Assembly (NCBI RefSeq): GCF_009914755.1
Contig: NC_060947.1
Reading direction: 5' to 3' (one strand)
Length of the DNA: 64,000 nt
Source of the DNA: the human T2T-CHM13v2.0 reference genome, Homo sapiens
Shown here: piece by piece, positions 26,684 through 40,823 of the stretch
How positions within the stretch are numbered: the stretch's first letter is position 1
Layout of the letters: each line of letters begins with the position of its first letter
Position numbers and translations under genes: made by a program
Notes under the pieces: generated by a model
What the model saw: only the letters and a program-made list of their open reading frames with translations
Databases searched by the model: none
What the model was told of the DNA's origin: nothing

Positions 26684-27230
26684 ACAAGGGCTAATCTTTT
26701 CTCTGTTTTGCGGGTAAGCAGATGGAGACACAAAAGATTTGTAACCTACCTAAGGGCATGTAGCCGGTAACCTAGGATTCAAATCCGGGTCTCTCTTCAC
26801 TCCATAACCCTTAACTCTCCTGTTATAAAATAGAAGAAGACAGAACTGAAGGTGGGCTCCAAGGATGATTCAGCTTGTTCAGCCTATTCAAATAATCCTA
26901 GAGCTGTCCAAAGATATGAGATTTGACTTTATACTTCTTATTTGTAGCTACCTTCAAAAGTAGACCTGGGGCTCTGTCCATATGCAAACTTATATGGTAC
27001 ACCTTCACTCAATGTATTGTTTTGTTCTGTCTTGTGGATAAGGATTAATCCAGGAGGGAACATGCTCATGTCACCCTTCTGACTCAAGAAACTTATTAAC
27101 TGACCAGTTTTATCAAAAGGGTGGAAAATCCTGCCCATGTAGATACTACTTACAGATACAAGTGATTCCTTACCACCACTCATATCATCAAGGCATCATG
27201 AGTAGAACAGATGCCTTTGGATTTTATAGA

Positions 27231-27546
27231 TTATTTATTTATTTTTAATTTTTTAAAATTATACTTTAAGTTCTAGGGTACATGTGCACAACATGCAGGT
27301 TTGTTACATATGTATACATGTGCCATATTGGTGTGCTGCACCCATTAACTCATCATTTACATTAGGTATATCTCCTAATGCTATCCCTCCCCCCTACCCC
27401 CACCCCACAACAGGCCCCGGTGTGTGATGTTCCTCTTCCTGTGTCCAAGTGTTCTCATTGTTCAATTCCCACCTATGAGTGAGAACATGCGGTGTTTGGT
27501 TTTTTGTCCTTGGGATAGTTTGCTGAGAGTGATGGTTTCCAGCTTC
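27231..27546 (-). mobile_element. Short L1PA4/5-like 3' end
   Basis: T-rich tail plus L1PA 3'UTR through gatggtttccagcttc. Confidence 0.9.
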
Positions 27547-28479
27547 TTAAAGAGTAGTACTGGTTGAGGGGGTAGAGGACACTGACCCGGGGTATTTGCG
27601 CTCAAAGGGAAAAGTCATTAAAGACCAAGATGTGAGATCCAAAGAAATGAATCAGAATTGATGAAATTTCTTAGCAGTTGAGAGATTACTTGCAAATATC
27701 TTTCATTTTATGGACTATAGTGCAGACCTAGGACTGTGAGCATTCTTTTTCTCAGAAAAAAAAAGGCTTTTTGACACTAACACACTGTGAGGCAAAGCTA
27801 TCTACAAAAGACCACAATTAAAGCAAACTTACTTTTACTTTGCACCAAAGATATGATTTATATCCTAGTCTCCAAAGATTAAAAAAGCTCATGTGCAAAG
27901 ATAGAGACATCTATGCCTTGAATTATTAAACTTGTCAGTCTCTATTTTTAAAAAGTCAACTTAACATGCAGTCCTGGATGTCTGAACCACATTCCATTTG
28001 CAAAAGGCAGCAGTGAGGATGCTCACTTCATCTATTTCTTTGTTAAGTAATGAGCAATCTGAAAAGACAAGTTATTTGTAATCAACGTATCCATTTTAAA
28101 AAAGGACACGTCTAAGGAGAAATCCAATCATCATCAGTTGAAGTTTGGATTCAGTGGTAGACTTTCCTTTGGAAAACTAAGTATTAAATCTCATCTATTG
28201 GGCATGAATTAGAAATTTATTACAAGCTAGTCTGCTAGGTTTTACCTTATGATATGCAGAATGTTGCTGCTATATATAATAAAAAAGCTTAGTGATACAG
28301 TATGACCTCAGCGGTTTTCTATTCAAGCATTGTGCATGAGCGTGGATAATTTCAATCAGAGTAAATGCAATGGAGATATGACTTTAAGCCGAAGCTCTGT
28401 CTCTGTGACCTTGGAAAAGTTACTTAACCTCTCGTGCCTCAGTTTTCTCTTTTGTGAAGTAGGATGTTTGATTCGTTCA

Positions 28480-30350
28480 TCTCACAGGTATGTATAGGGT
28501 ACCTAGTATTTGGTAAGTACTAAGGTTGTCATAGTGAACAAGGAAAGCCCTTGCCTTCATGAAGCTCATAGTCTATGTGTAGAGACAGCCAATAAATAGG
28601 CAAATAAATAATTTAATGTATAATTTCAGACAGTGGTATGGTTTATGGAAAAAATAAAGCAGAATAAGGAAATAGAGCATGATGAAGAGGATAGACTAAC
28701 TTTTTGAAAGACTGCTCCAGAAAGGCTTCTTTGAGGAGGAGACTTTAAGCAGAGACCCAGATAAAATAAAGAATCTAGACATACAAAGATTTGGGTGAAG
28801 GAAGAAGGAGACAGAAAGTGCAAAGGCTCTAAATTCAGTGTGCTAAATATATTGGAGATACATAGAGGAGGCTGGAGCTGACTGAGGAAAATCGAGAGCA
28901 GTAAGAAAATGGCAAGAGCATAGGAGGCCTTCTGGGCCATGGTTAGGAGTTTTGTTTTATTTTAAGTATGACGGGATGTTATGGATGTTTAAGCAAGGTA
29001 GTGCTTTGATTTGATTTACATTTTTAAAAAGATAACTCTGTATTCTCTGCAGACAATAGACTTTAAGGGGAGCAAGAGTGGAAACAGAGAGCAGTTAGGA
29101 AGCTATTACAATAATCCAGGCAGGAAATGATGTTGGCTTAGACCCTGATTTTCATCATCAGAGGTAGTAAGAAGTGTTCATATTTTGAACATATTTTGGA
29201 GGTAAAGCCTACACAATATCTTGATAGATTGGATATGACGTGTGTATTAGTCTGTTTTCACACTGCTGATAAGGACATACCCAAAACTGGGCAATTTACA
29301 AAAGAAAGAGGTTTAATTGGACCACAGTTCCAGGTGGCTGGGGAGGCCTCACAATCATGGTGGAAGGCAAAGAGGATCAAGTCACATCTTACATGGATGG
29401 CAGCAGGCAAAAAGAGAGAGCTTGTGCAGGGAAACTCCCATTTTTACAACCATCAGATCTTGTGAGACTTATTCACCATCATGAGAACACCATGGGAAAG
29501 ACCTGCCCCCATGATTCAACCACCTCCCACAACACATAGGAATTCAAGATGAGATTTGGGTGAGGACACAGTCAAACCATATCAACATGTGAGTGAAATA
29601 GAGGTACCAAGGATGATTCTGAGAGTTTAGGTCTGAGCAAGTGAAATGTTTGATAGTGAGATAGGAAATATCAAGTGAGATAGGAACTATATCTCACTTG
29701 ATATATCAAGTGAAATAGGAAAGATGGAAGAACATTGTTTAGGACAAGAATCACTAGTTCTGGTAGAATTGTGAAGTTTGACATACTTATTAGATATTTA
29801 AGTAGAAATGTTGAGGCATGAGTTGAATATATGCATCTGGAGCTTAAAGAATGCTAAGATATGGAGTGACAAATTTTGGAATTTTCAGTATATAGAAGGT
29901 GTTTGAAACCACAGAAATGTAAAATATCAACTCCTAAAGGAGAAAATACAGTTGAATAAAAGAAGAGATCCAAGGATTAAACCTGGATCACTCTTTCATT
30001 AAGAGGTTAAATAGATCAGGTGGATCCAACAAAGGAAACTGAGAAGAAACAACCCATGAGATAGAAGAAGCAGCAAGAAAGAATGGTGTTTCAGAAGGAA
30101 GTGTTTCAAAATGAGGAAGAGAGTGATAAACCATGTCAAATTTTGCTGAGAGAATAAGTAAAATGAGACTTGAGAATTGGCCAGTAGACCTAGCCACATG
30201 GAGGTTGCTGAAAAACGTGTTAAGGGTGGTTGCTGAAAAATGCTTGGTGAAAAATTGTTGGTTGAGAAGACAATGGAATGCAAAGAAGGAGAGACAATGA
30301 GTATACATAACTATTTTTAGGAGTTTTGCTGTGAGTAGGAGCAGAGAAAT
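28480..30350 (-). mobile_element. L2 LINE fragment interrupted by a THE1 LTR
   Basis: Purine-rich antisense L2 hallmarks (ttgccttcatgaagctcatagtcta; gttaggaagctattacaataatccaggca; gatagattggatatg; gtcaaattttgctgagag). Confidence 0.8.
29243..29584 (-). mobile_element. THE1B-like solo LTR
   Basis: tgtattagtctgttttcacactgctgataa...aaaccatatca; TSD acgtg/acatg (CpG decay). Confidence 0.92.
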
Positions 30351-31966
30351 TATGTAATAATAATGCTGTTTTTACTGGCTTATGAAAGTTTTTGGCAGAC
30401 TCTTACATTTAATATACAAATAATTAGACTGATAAAAATTAATCACTTTCTAATGTCAATAACTGGCAAATTCACTTTACATGTTTCTACATATTCATGC
30501 ATTATAAAGGTTTATTAGTATTTTTGACCACATTAATCTGAATGTTAAACACACGGCAGTCTTCAATGAGTCAGAGATCCCCTCATATGAAACACAAACC
30601 CTTTGCCCCATGCTTATGCCATTCTGGATGACTTTGTTCACTAATAACCACTATCTAAGAACATGTCTATATTTTTCTACCAGCCTATATGCCTTGACAC
30701 ATATACTACATAGAGGGAGTATACTTTCTCTTTAGTCTTCAATATAAGCATAAGATCTGTGAGGAAAATTAAACAGAGTGAGTCAAAGTTCTAGAAGGTG
30801 GCTTGAGGTCATGTCATAGTTATGGAAAGGGGAGCAGAAAGCTAGAGAACAAAATATTTATTGATTTCTTCCTTGTCATGAGACAATCATGGAAAGGGGA
30901 GGGAAATAAACTTGCAATGGAATGAAACTTTCAGAGACATTGAAGGGTATTTATGTGATTGTCAATTTTTTTTGTTCCAAAATGTCTAAGGAGTTCCTTA
31001 GAACCCAACCACATTCATTTATAAAATGAGGGTGTTGGAGGAGTTTATGCCAATAAGTGACTGACAACATTAACTCATTCTAGAGGTTCTGGCCATCGCC
31101 AATATTCCCTGTATTCCCAAGTAATAGAAATAGAATTTGACTTAAGCCAAAGGAAATATTGACTGCTATTTCAAGGGTTTACCTGGCAGGGTTGGTAATA
31201 GCAAAGAATCCCTAGTGTGTCAAGGAGAGAATGGAATCTTTTCTCCAGGTGTAAAGCCTATAATAATCACCGGCATCCACTTAGGTCAGAAAATAAAGCT
31301 GTCAAGTTAGAAAACAGCAAACATTTATTTAGTGGATTTCAGCTAACCCCATGTGTGCATGTATACACATGCATGTGTGCACACATGCACACACTTTGTG
31401 TGATATAATAGCTAAAGGACAACTCTAAATAATGTGCTTCATAAGGAAAAGTAGTTAACAGATGCATAGACTCTGTTTACATATTTATTCCCAGAGTTGA
31501 TTGTTTGTGTTAATTTCCAAAAACCCTTGTGTTGATGAGAGCTAGTTGGTAGAAAGAGAAACAAACTCTATGTCATTGTATAATTATGCCCATGTTTGAA
31601 AATTTCTTTTTGTTTCTCATCAAGATGCAAGGCTTACCATATATCATTATGCACTGACAATGCTAATAGAGGAAAAAATAAAGCAAACAATTAGCCTTGA
31701 GGAAAAGATATGAACTAATGCACAATTCATGAATTTGCTACTCATTCACACCTGTGATTCTAACAGTGAGTGATTTTGAACAATTCTAAGTTAATCTTTT
31801 GAGAAAGCACTTGATGTTAGGATTATTTAAAATATGACTTCTTATGGTACGTATGCAAAATAAGTTGTTTTCAACAGAGATGAAGTTCACTGACTTTCGT
31901 ACAACCTTCCTAAGTAGGCCAGGAATGAGACTCAGGGCAGCTTCATTACTGCCATGAAAACACCTT

Positions 31967-32347
31967 ACTGTGAGCTAAATGTTTGTGTCCCCTCAAAATT
32001 CATATGTTGAAGCCTAAACCCCAACATGATAGTATTTTGAGGTGAGGCCTCTGGAGGTTGATTAGGTCAGGATGTTGGGGCCCTAATGAATGGGATCTGT
32101 ACCCTTATAAGAAGAAGAGACATGACAGAGTTTCTCTCTTTCACTTTCTCTCTCTCCCTTTCATCTGAGGATATAACAGTAGATAATCATCTACAAACCA
32201 GAAAGTGAACTGTCACCAGGCCTTGGATCTGCCAGCAATCTTGATCTTGGACCTTCCCAGCCTCCAGAACTATGAGAAATAGATTTCTGTTGTTGAAGAC
32301 ACCCAATCTGTATTATTCTGTTACAAAAAACTCTATGGACTAAGACA
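31967..32347 (+). mobile_element. MaLR solo LTR (MLT1A/MST-like)
   Basis: aatgtttgtgtcccctcaaaattcatatgttgaagcc...cttcccagcctccagaactatgagaaat...gactaagaca. Confidence 0.85.
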
Positions 32348-33599
32348 TGCCCCTAATGATAACGTCCGAATGGGATACAGTTTCACAGATACACGTATGA
32401 TCTGCAGTCATCAGAACTCTGGATAGATCCCAATTTAAATCAGCTGATGCAAAAATGAGGCTGTATTAGTTTAGATTACCTAGTATAGAAGGAGGTGTAT
32501 AGCTGGTTGTCAGCAATGATTACAGCAAGGAATTTTACTACTCCCTGCATATACTCTTTTTCTCCATTGCCTGTCCATTTCTCAATATACAGTAATTTTA
32601 TTCTTTCAGATTAGCTTTTAAAATACTACAGAAGATATCTTATTGGCCCACCTTGGGTCAGGCTCCCACTGTTATACCAATGAATGGTCCCTTGAGCACT
32701 ACCTCTGGGAAATATAAGACTCCCTATGCCCCCATGAAGCCTTCAGAAGCCCTGAAAATGTGGTTTCTGGGTATATACCAGCCACACAGCATTACCTGGA
32801 CTACGTCCAGGAAAATAGTTGCTACCTGCCTGGGATTTAGAACTGTTCATATTTCAAACAAGACCAAATAAAACAAAGGAAAAGAATGCACAGACACATA
32901 TATCTCCTCAATAAATCAGAGGGCTTCATTTTGCTGGATTCCATTCTAGACTCACAGACACCTGTGTTGGAGTTGGCAGGAGCTCATTACTCAGCTTTTC
33001 CTTTGTCTTTCTGAAAGTAATCAAGAAAAGAGGCCTAGGAGCCAGGTTAATTTAAATATTTGTTTATAGTCAGTAAAACTGTATTGGAAGAAGTGGTTTG
33101 GACTGGTTGCCAAAGTGGGAATTCCATATTACTTCCCCTCAATCTGTATTATGAGACCTACATATGGGAAGAGTTGGGTCTATAAACCAGGATTTTACCC
33201 AGCTAGCCACATGGAAGGCTGATACATACCCTGGCTGAGCAAGAGTCAGAGGAAAAGAAAAGAGGGAGACTTTCAGTTTTGCCTATAGAAAGTAGGTCCT
33301 GAGCCCTGATCCAGCTATCTTTACCATATATGGAGCAAGGATAGAGAGAACAAGTGCCCCTAAAGAGAGAGCAAGCAACAGATATATGCATGTATCCAGT
33401 GACACCTTTCCCCATTTCATCAATCATGTAAATAATTTTTTCTCCCTAGGAAAGGAAAAGGTGAAAAAATAAAGAAAAGCCCTTAAAATGTCTCTCTGAT
33501 ACTACTTTCTCCTGGGGAGTGAAGCCAAAGCTCTCTTATGGAAACATGAGGACAGAGGAATAGGATCCACATCCCTACAAAGTATTATTTTTTCATAAC

Positions 33600-34070
33600 C
33601 ATGATTATATCATAGTACATTCTTATTGTTTATTCTAATCTACTAAGCCACCAATAATAGAGGCATGTACCAATTTTACCACAACTTTGCAAGCATCATG
33701 GATGAACCATTGAACATTTTGGTTTTGACTAATTTAATAGCTATAAAATGCAACTCATTAATTTTCTCTTTTTATTTTTTGATTGCTAGAGGGTTTAAAT
33801 ATTTTCCCATATGCTTGTTTACTAATAGCATTTTCTTTTATAAATTGTTCACCTCCATTACCCACTTATCTCACCAATTTGTATGAGCTTATTAGATTAT
33901 ATAGACAGCAACTCTTTGTCATCTTTACTCTTAACTTTTCTTCTCATCTGTTGTTTACCTTATTATTTTAGCCACTTTTGTATGTATGCAGAGGTTTAAT
34001 TTTCAGGGAGTCCACATCATCCATTTTCCCTTGTAAATTCTTTAATAGCTTCAAATCTAAGAATGTAATT
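33600..34070 (-). mobile_element. Ancient L1M fragment
   Basis: Decayed antisense L1 ORF2 3' motifs (actaatttaatag...ttttcccatatgcttgttt...ataaattg). Confidence 0.5.
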
Positions 34071-34669
34071 GACCCCTTGTTCTAATGTATTTTGGGGGAT
34101 GGAATTATTTAAAAAAAAAGAAGCAGTCATGTCTCACTTCCAAAAAAGTTATAGGAATCAAAGCAATCTTGAACTAAATCACAGTTTGTAAATGAATTAG
34201 TTAAGCTTCAAGTTGGTTTTTCCTTATTCATGCTGAAAAAGACTTTTGCTCTTTAAGCAACAAAATATGGATCACAGCGGGAAGTATTAACTTCTAACAC
34301 TTTCGGAAGCGCACAAACCTTCTGTTATTCCATTCACATAAAATACCAGTTGACAGATGGTATTTGCCAGAAAATAGGAGAGAAAAGCATCTTAGCAGAG
34401 ATTTATAAATTGAAAATTCTCTCAAGAGAAGTACCTATCTATTTGGTTGGATATTTAAGAGATAATAAGTCTAGGGCCAGTGTCAGAAAATGGAAAGAAG
34501 ATAGGGAGAAAAGGAAGTTCAGTCTTAAGCCTGGTTTGGTTTTAACTAACTATGTGACTTTCATCAGCTATTTACCTTCTCTGGGCACATGTTTTCTCAT
34601 GGTTTTTGTAAGAAAATTGAACAGAATAATTTATTAAATCCCTTTTGATGCTAGCATTCTGATTCTTCA

Positions 34670-35650
34670 TTTATTCATTTAATAAAAATGTCGAGTTCAT
34701 AATATGTAGCAGACACTCTGCTAGTTGCTAGGAATACAATGTTAAGTAAGAAATAGCTCCTCTTTTCACTGACCTTTTGAGCAACTTGATAAGGAAAAGA
34801 GATACATAAGTAGAACATTGAAAACCTATGTTATTAGTTCTTTAATGGCAGTGGGAGGTAGAGCTATGCACTGTAGGCTAAGGAAACAACTAAGGGGCAT
34901 CCTCTCCATCCCCAACTTCCATCTCCATGCTTTCCTCAGCACAAGTCAGGTTGTCAAAGGAAAACTTAACTGAAACCTAAAGATGTATAGGATTTAGGTA
35001 AGAGGAGAAGAGATGTGGGTAGATGAGGAAGACTATGTGGAGGAATCCAGTAGGAGCAAAGGCTGAGAAGCATAAAACAACAGGAACCATGCAGAAAACT
35101 GCAAGTCTTGATTGTCCTGGAGTTTGGAGTGTAAATCAGAATAAGCCAGAGACAAGGCTAGAGGACAGGGCTCAGACCATAGAGGACTTCTTGTGTTAGG
35201 GTAAGTAATCTGGCATTTATTCTCTCAGAAAAAGAGACTTATTATAGAGTTTCAGGTATGAGAGTACCATGGTGAGATTTGTATTCTGTCAGAAGACTGC
35301 AGGGTGGGTTGGAGGAGAGTACAAATGGAGGCAAGATCAGGTAATATATTGAAAAGCTATTGTCATAAACCAAGCATGATCCTAGAGGCTTAAATAAGGA
35401 CAGTAAGGGTGGCTGCATATGGTTGTTCTGGTCATTTACTGCACAGTGGTACCTGGCTAGGGGACAAATGGGAGCTAAAATTCAGTTTGTACTCCAATTG
35501 TCAAGTCTGCGCCTTGGTAAGAGGCTTCATCCTTCCAGAGAAAGAGACACCATGTTCTAATTCCTGCAAAGAGGTCATAAATGCTAACTTGCATTGGCCC
35601 TAAAAATGGTCTTAGACATGAACACGGATTTGAGAAATATTTAGGAAGGA
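34670..35650 (-). mobile_element. L2 fragment containing a MER53 insertion
   Basis: catttattcatttaataaa...ctgctagttgctaggaataca...; resumes as gatttgagaaatatttagga after the MER53. Confidence 0.65.
35406..35601 (+). mobile_element. MER53-like miniature DNA transposon
   Basis: About 195 bp; agggtggctgcatatggttgt...actgcaca...gctaaaattcag...ttctaattc...ggccct, colinear with recalled consensus. Confidence 0.65.
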
Positions 35651-36469
35651 TGTAGGAAGGACTTTAACAAAATTATTGTGAGTATCAAACAATCTAACTA
35701 TTTGTTATTTCTAAAAAATCAATATTAGATGGCATTGATCTTTCCCCTCATTGAATTTACCTGTGTAAGTTCTGAACTATATCAAAGTTAAGTTCATTTA
35801 TTTAAATATAAGCTACCAGAGTTAACAGGAATTGTGAGTTTAAACATTTACCATACCATGTGTGACACACAATTGCCATCAGCTGGGTTGGGCTATTGAA
35901 GATGGTAAATAGGACCTCCTATGGCCATACCATTAGGCTCTAAAAACCATGAGGCCATAGTGCTTCATGGTTTTTATAAATATCCACTTTCATTATTGCT
36001 TTTTATTTTCACACTAACCTTCTAAGGAAGGCACAGAAAAATGGCCTTATTCCCTTTTGTAAATGAAGAAACTCAGGATCAGAAATGCTAAGGGACTTGG
36101 CATGGTCATACACAGACACAAGACAAGAACCCGAGTTCCAAGCCTCCCAGGCCAGTGCTCATTCCTTCACACTAATTGGCCTCCATGACTACTCTATCTG
36201 TTGTAATCTCACTGCTAAAATAGTTTGAGAAACATCACAGCTGAAAATTCCTATATTAATTTTCAGTAATCATCAGCAGAAATCATACTGATATTTAAAG
36301 GTCATTAGTAAAAACAATTTATAAAATACTAAGTGTCAGTCCCAGCAGACCAATAAAACTATCTGAAATGGGAGAGGCACCGTTTCTCTGGCATTCATTC
36401 CATCATCTGTGCCTACTATTCCTGTATTAGTTGTCAAGTGCTGCATAACAAATCACCCCCACCTTGGTG

Positions 36470-36933
36470 AAATAAATGAATGGATTCAGCAAAAAATCTT
36501 AAATATTTACTATGTGCCAAGCCTTATACTAGGTGCTGGAGATACTGTGAGACACAGTCCCTGCCCTCAAAAATCTTATAACGTAGTGGGAAAGGTAAAC
36601 AGACAAAAGCAATAGACTGTGATGAGGGCTTTGATGGAGGTAAGCCCAGTGTAGTCTGGAAGTGCAAAGAATGTACACTCCTATCTCAAATTCTGTGATA
36701 AGGGAAAAGTGAAAAAAATCACCACAGAAGAAGTAATATACAACTAGAATCTTGAAGTAAAAGTTAATATACCAGTGAGAACAGGAGCAGGGGGAAGAAA
36801 TAGCATTCCTGGTAGCAAGAAAAAGAAGTGCAAAGGCCTAGCAACAAAGTGTGCTTAGATTGCTGTATTAGTAAGGGTTTTTCAGAGAAACAGACCCAAT
36901 AAGATAATATGTATATGTTTATATAGGTGCTAT

Positions 36934-36970
<37 letters not shown>

Positions 36971-37980
36971 TTGTGTGTGTGTATGTGTTAGAGTGACAGC
37001 AATTAAGAGAGAGAGAGAGATCTTAAGGAACTGACATGCAATTGTGGAGGATGACAAATCTAAATCTGCAGTTTAGGCTAGCAGGCTGGAGACACAGAAG
37101 TTGGTGCTATAGTTTGAGTTTAAAGGCAGTATGCTGGCAGAATTCATTCTTGCTTAGGGGATATTAGTCTTTTCTATTAAGGCCTTCAACTGACTGAATG
37201 AGTCAGTTACATTACATTACATTACTTTACATCTACATTACAAAGAATAATCTGCTTTACTCAAAGTTAAGTTTTTAACTGTTAATTGCATCCAAAAAAA
37301 AACCTTCATAGAAACATCTAGAATGATGTTTGACCAAATATCTGGGTTCCATGGCCTAGCCAAGTTGACACATAAATTAACCATCAAAGTTGCTGAACAT
37401 AGTTGAGTATATCTAGAGAGCAGATGTCATGTTAAGAGGGAGGTTTTGCAAGAGACGAAACTACAGAAGAAAATGGAGTCCAAATCCCTAAGGATTTTAC
37501 AAGTCTAGAAAGAAACCGAGGACTGTATCTTGAGGGCAGTGAAGAGCTATGTAAGGCCTAGATTTCCATTTTAGAATGGCTCTTCTGACTGCAGGGTAGA
37601 AACTAAATTGGGGAGAACAGGGAATGAAGAACTAGCAAGAGGAAGACCAGAGAGGAGAAAATTGCTGAGTTCAAGCAAGGCATGTTGGTAGCTTGGACTA
37701 GAGAGATGGGGATGGAGATGGAGACAAGTGCTTGAAATCCACAGATAATTTAGAGGTAGTAGTCCCAATAATTGATCATGGATTTGATGCATTAGAGAGG
37801 GAGAAGTAGCCCTAAATTGATACCCAGGATGCTGGTTGGGGCACTGGTTAAATAGAGATTTCATTTACTAAGATGGAAGAAAGAGAAGGAGGAGGCAATT
37901 TGAGGGAAACTATGAAGCATTCCTTTTGTACAAATTGAATTTGAGATACTGTGAGATTCTAGATAGAATGGCAATTGAAT
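36470..37980 (-). mobile_element. L2 fragment interrupted by an MLT2 LTR
   Basis: tttactatgtgccaag...ggtgctggagatac...cctgccctcaa; continues after 37393 (gagatggagacaagtg, catttactaagatgg). Confidence 0.7.
36864..37388 (-). mobile_element. MLT2 (ERV-L) solo LTR, MLT2C/D-like, with an internal (TG)n/(GA)n microsatellite
   Basis: tgtattagtaaggg...cagagaaacagac...ggcctagccaagttgacacataaattaaccatca; TSD attgc/gttgc; (TG)n at about 36936-36988. Confidence 0.88.
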
Positions 37981-38369
37981 GAACAGAGAGTTATATAATC
38001 CTATTCTTTCTAAAAACAGTGAAAGGTGCTTTTACGCTACCACAATTCATCTGCCTTTTTCTCTTCATCGGGCAAATACATTCATTGTAAATTCCTGCTA
38101 TTCCTATAACCTAATGATTGTCAGCCCTTCTCCCTGGATTTTACTGTGGATGCAACTGGAAATAACACAATGGAGCTGCACACACTAGCAGTTTAAAAAT
38201 TCCTGGAACTCCTTGAGATTTTTAGCTTAAAATAATAAAATGTGGATTATTTTTGGCATCAGATTCCAAGCCATTTCCATTGACTCCACAATCCTGGAAA
38301 AGTATTTGGTTTTGGTGCTATCAAGCGGGTTCCCAGGATACCCTCATAAATTGTTCTTTTCCATTTTTA

Positions 38370-38740
38370 TCCACACAGAAGCCTGAGAGATACTTTTACA
38401 ATGTAAATAAGATGATGTTACTGCTTTGCTCACAACCCTCCCATGGCTCCCCATTTGGTTCTGAGTAAAAGCCAAAGCTCTAATAATGGCTTTCATTCTA
38501 CAGGATCTGTCCCCTGGCTATTTTTTCTGATCTTATTCCCGTCTCCCCCTTACCCCTTCCATTCTATCCACAGAGGCCTCCTTTCTATTTCACAAATGCA
38601 CCAGATACACCTCCATCTTAGGGTATTTGTATTTTCTTTCCTACTGCCTGGAATGTTTTTCTGCCAAATATCAACATAAATACCTTCAGTCTCTGCTCCA
38701 ATGTCAACTTGCCTAAGAGGCCCTCCCTGATAACCCTAAA
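38370..38740 (+). mobile_element. L2 fragment
   Basis: accctcccatggctcccc...gagtaaaagccaaagctc...tgcctggaatg...tctgctccaatgtca. Confidence 0.7.
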
Positions 38741-40249
38741 TGAATCTTGCATAAATGTGCCAAATTCAGTGCCTTCCTCTTATCCCTGCCATACGTACAC
38801 ACACAGGCACAAACACACGGATTCAGTCATTTCTCTCTGAAAGCAGAGTTTCCTGGTAGAAACATGTTATTTAACAAAAGATATCCTGGGCTAAGGCAGT
38901 GTAGAATGATGGGAATAGAGAGTAAGCAGTGGAAAGATGCTGAAGTCAGCCTTCTTTGGGGACGCTGGTGGCCTAGTTCTACCTAAGATAGACCCACTAA
39001 GAGTGGCTTTCTCTTCTTTTTTTAAATATTTCATTGTACTACCACTTTCTAACATTGCCTTCTCCTGTTGAAATGGCATGTCTCTAGTTCTGCTCCTAGC
39101 TTCTGGGTCTCTGTCCCAATTACCTACCCTGAGAAGAAAGGAGCCCTGACCTGGCTATATGAGGTAGAAGGCAGTGCCATAGGTATAGTTCAGGCCCTGG
39201 GACATCGAGTCCTTCTTCTTTCTCCCTGAGGCCAAGAGTCCTATCTCTCTCCTCTCCTTGTAATAATCATGTTTTGGTTCACTTCCAGCCCTTTGTCAAA
39301 GAGAGTAGGACATGGGCTATCCTTCAAGATATGGGCCTAAAATCTCCCTGGCATGATGAATGATCATATTGGCCCAGAAGCCATTGAGGGCTGTCATGGG
39401 AGAGGGCATCATCTCTAATCTAGTTCGTCACTCTCCATCTCAGAAGTGCATGTCTTATTTTCCATGTGAACCACTGGAAGTAAACGTTCTACTTTCAACT
39501 CCTAGAGATTATGGTTCTGTTCTTTACCTGACATTTATGTTCTCTGTCAGCAACTCATTAGATATGCTAAGAAAAGAACAAAGTGGTGGGGTTGGGAGTT
39601 GAATGGAATACGTCAAAGAGATGGGATATCCTGGAACATGTGATTTGCTTTAAGCTCTATTCTTGTCATGTCTTTTCATCCACTGTGTCCCCAACCTCAT
39701 GATTGTTCCTGTAACATTAGTCTAACAAACACACCATTATAATTGCATAGTTTTTTACTACTATTTCAGAGCATCAGGAGTTGGCCTAACACCTTGGCTA
39801 TTATATTCAACAGAGCCTATTCAAATTATAAATAAAGCTTTACTGCTAGCTCTTTCCATTTTAATTTCTCACACATGTACATTATCTTTGCTTGCCAGAA
39901 TGACAGCTCACTATCAGTGAGCAAACACAGGTAGAGGAAGAAACTACCCAGCAGAGAAATTGAAACTAGCTGAGAAGTTCAACATACATCCCTCTCTACT
40001 AAGTCTCATCTTGGAAGAAAGAAGACTACTTTCAGTTAGAGTTGGAAATCTAGGACACTGCCTCTAAGAGATAGAAATTCCAAATCCCACACCTAGCTTT
40101 TTGCTCTATCTAGTTAGCTATTTTATACCTCTGCAGCTTTTCTGAGGGGCTTTTCTTTCAAGATTCAATTCAAGCCCTACCGCCTTTGGAAAACCCCCTG
40201 GGGATTGAAAGGCTGTTTTTACTTTTATGCCCCTGTAACATTTTTTAAA

Positions 40250-40823
40250 ACTTTTTATTTTGAAATACTTTTACATTTACAGAAGAATTGCAAAGATAGT
40301 ACAGATAATTCCTATAAATCCTTCACCCAGCATCCTCTAATGTCAGCATCTTACAAAATCCTTGTTCATTTGGAATTCACCAGTTTTTCCACCAATATCC
40401 TTTTTCTGTTCCAAGAGCCAATCCAGGATCCTACGTTGTGTTTGGCTGTCAGGTCTCCTTAGTCTCCTCCAATTTGCAACATTTTCTTGGTCTTTCCTTG
40501 TTTTTCATAACCTTGACACTTTTTAAGAGTACTAGTCCAATATTTTTCATAATGTCATCTTTGTTCACTGTAAAGTTATTACATCCTCTTTTCACACTCT
40601 ATTCCTTAGAAGTGAATCAGCGAATCCAGCCCACACTGAAGAGGAGAGGAGTCAAGCTCCACTTCCTGGAGGAAGGAGTATCAAAGAATTTGTGGACACA
40701 TGCAAAGAATACATTTGCAAATATCCAGTTTCTCCTTAAGGTTTTGCCTGTACAATTTGCCACTATCATGTTCTAATAGTTCTAATAGTGATTTTTCCAT
40801 TTATTTCATTCCTTTCACATTTT
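40250..40823 (-). mobile_element. L1MC/L1MD 3' end (host of the L1PB1; resumes at about 47477-47700)
   Basis: tttattttgaaata...tttacagaagaattgcaaagatagtacaga...ttcacccag; ttctgttccaagagccaatccaggat. Confidence 0.7.
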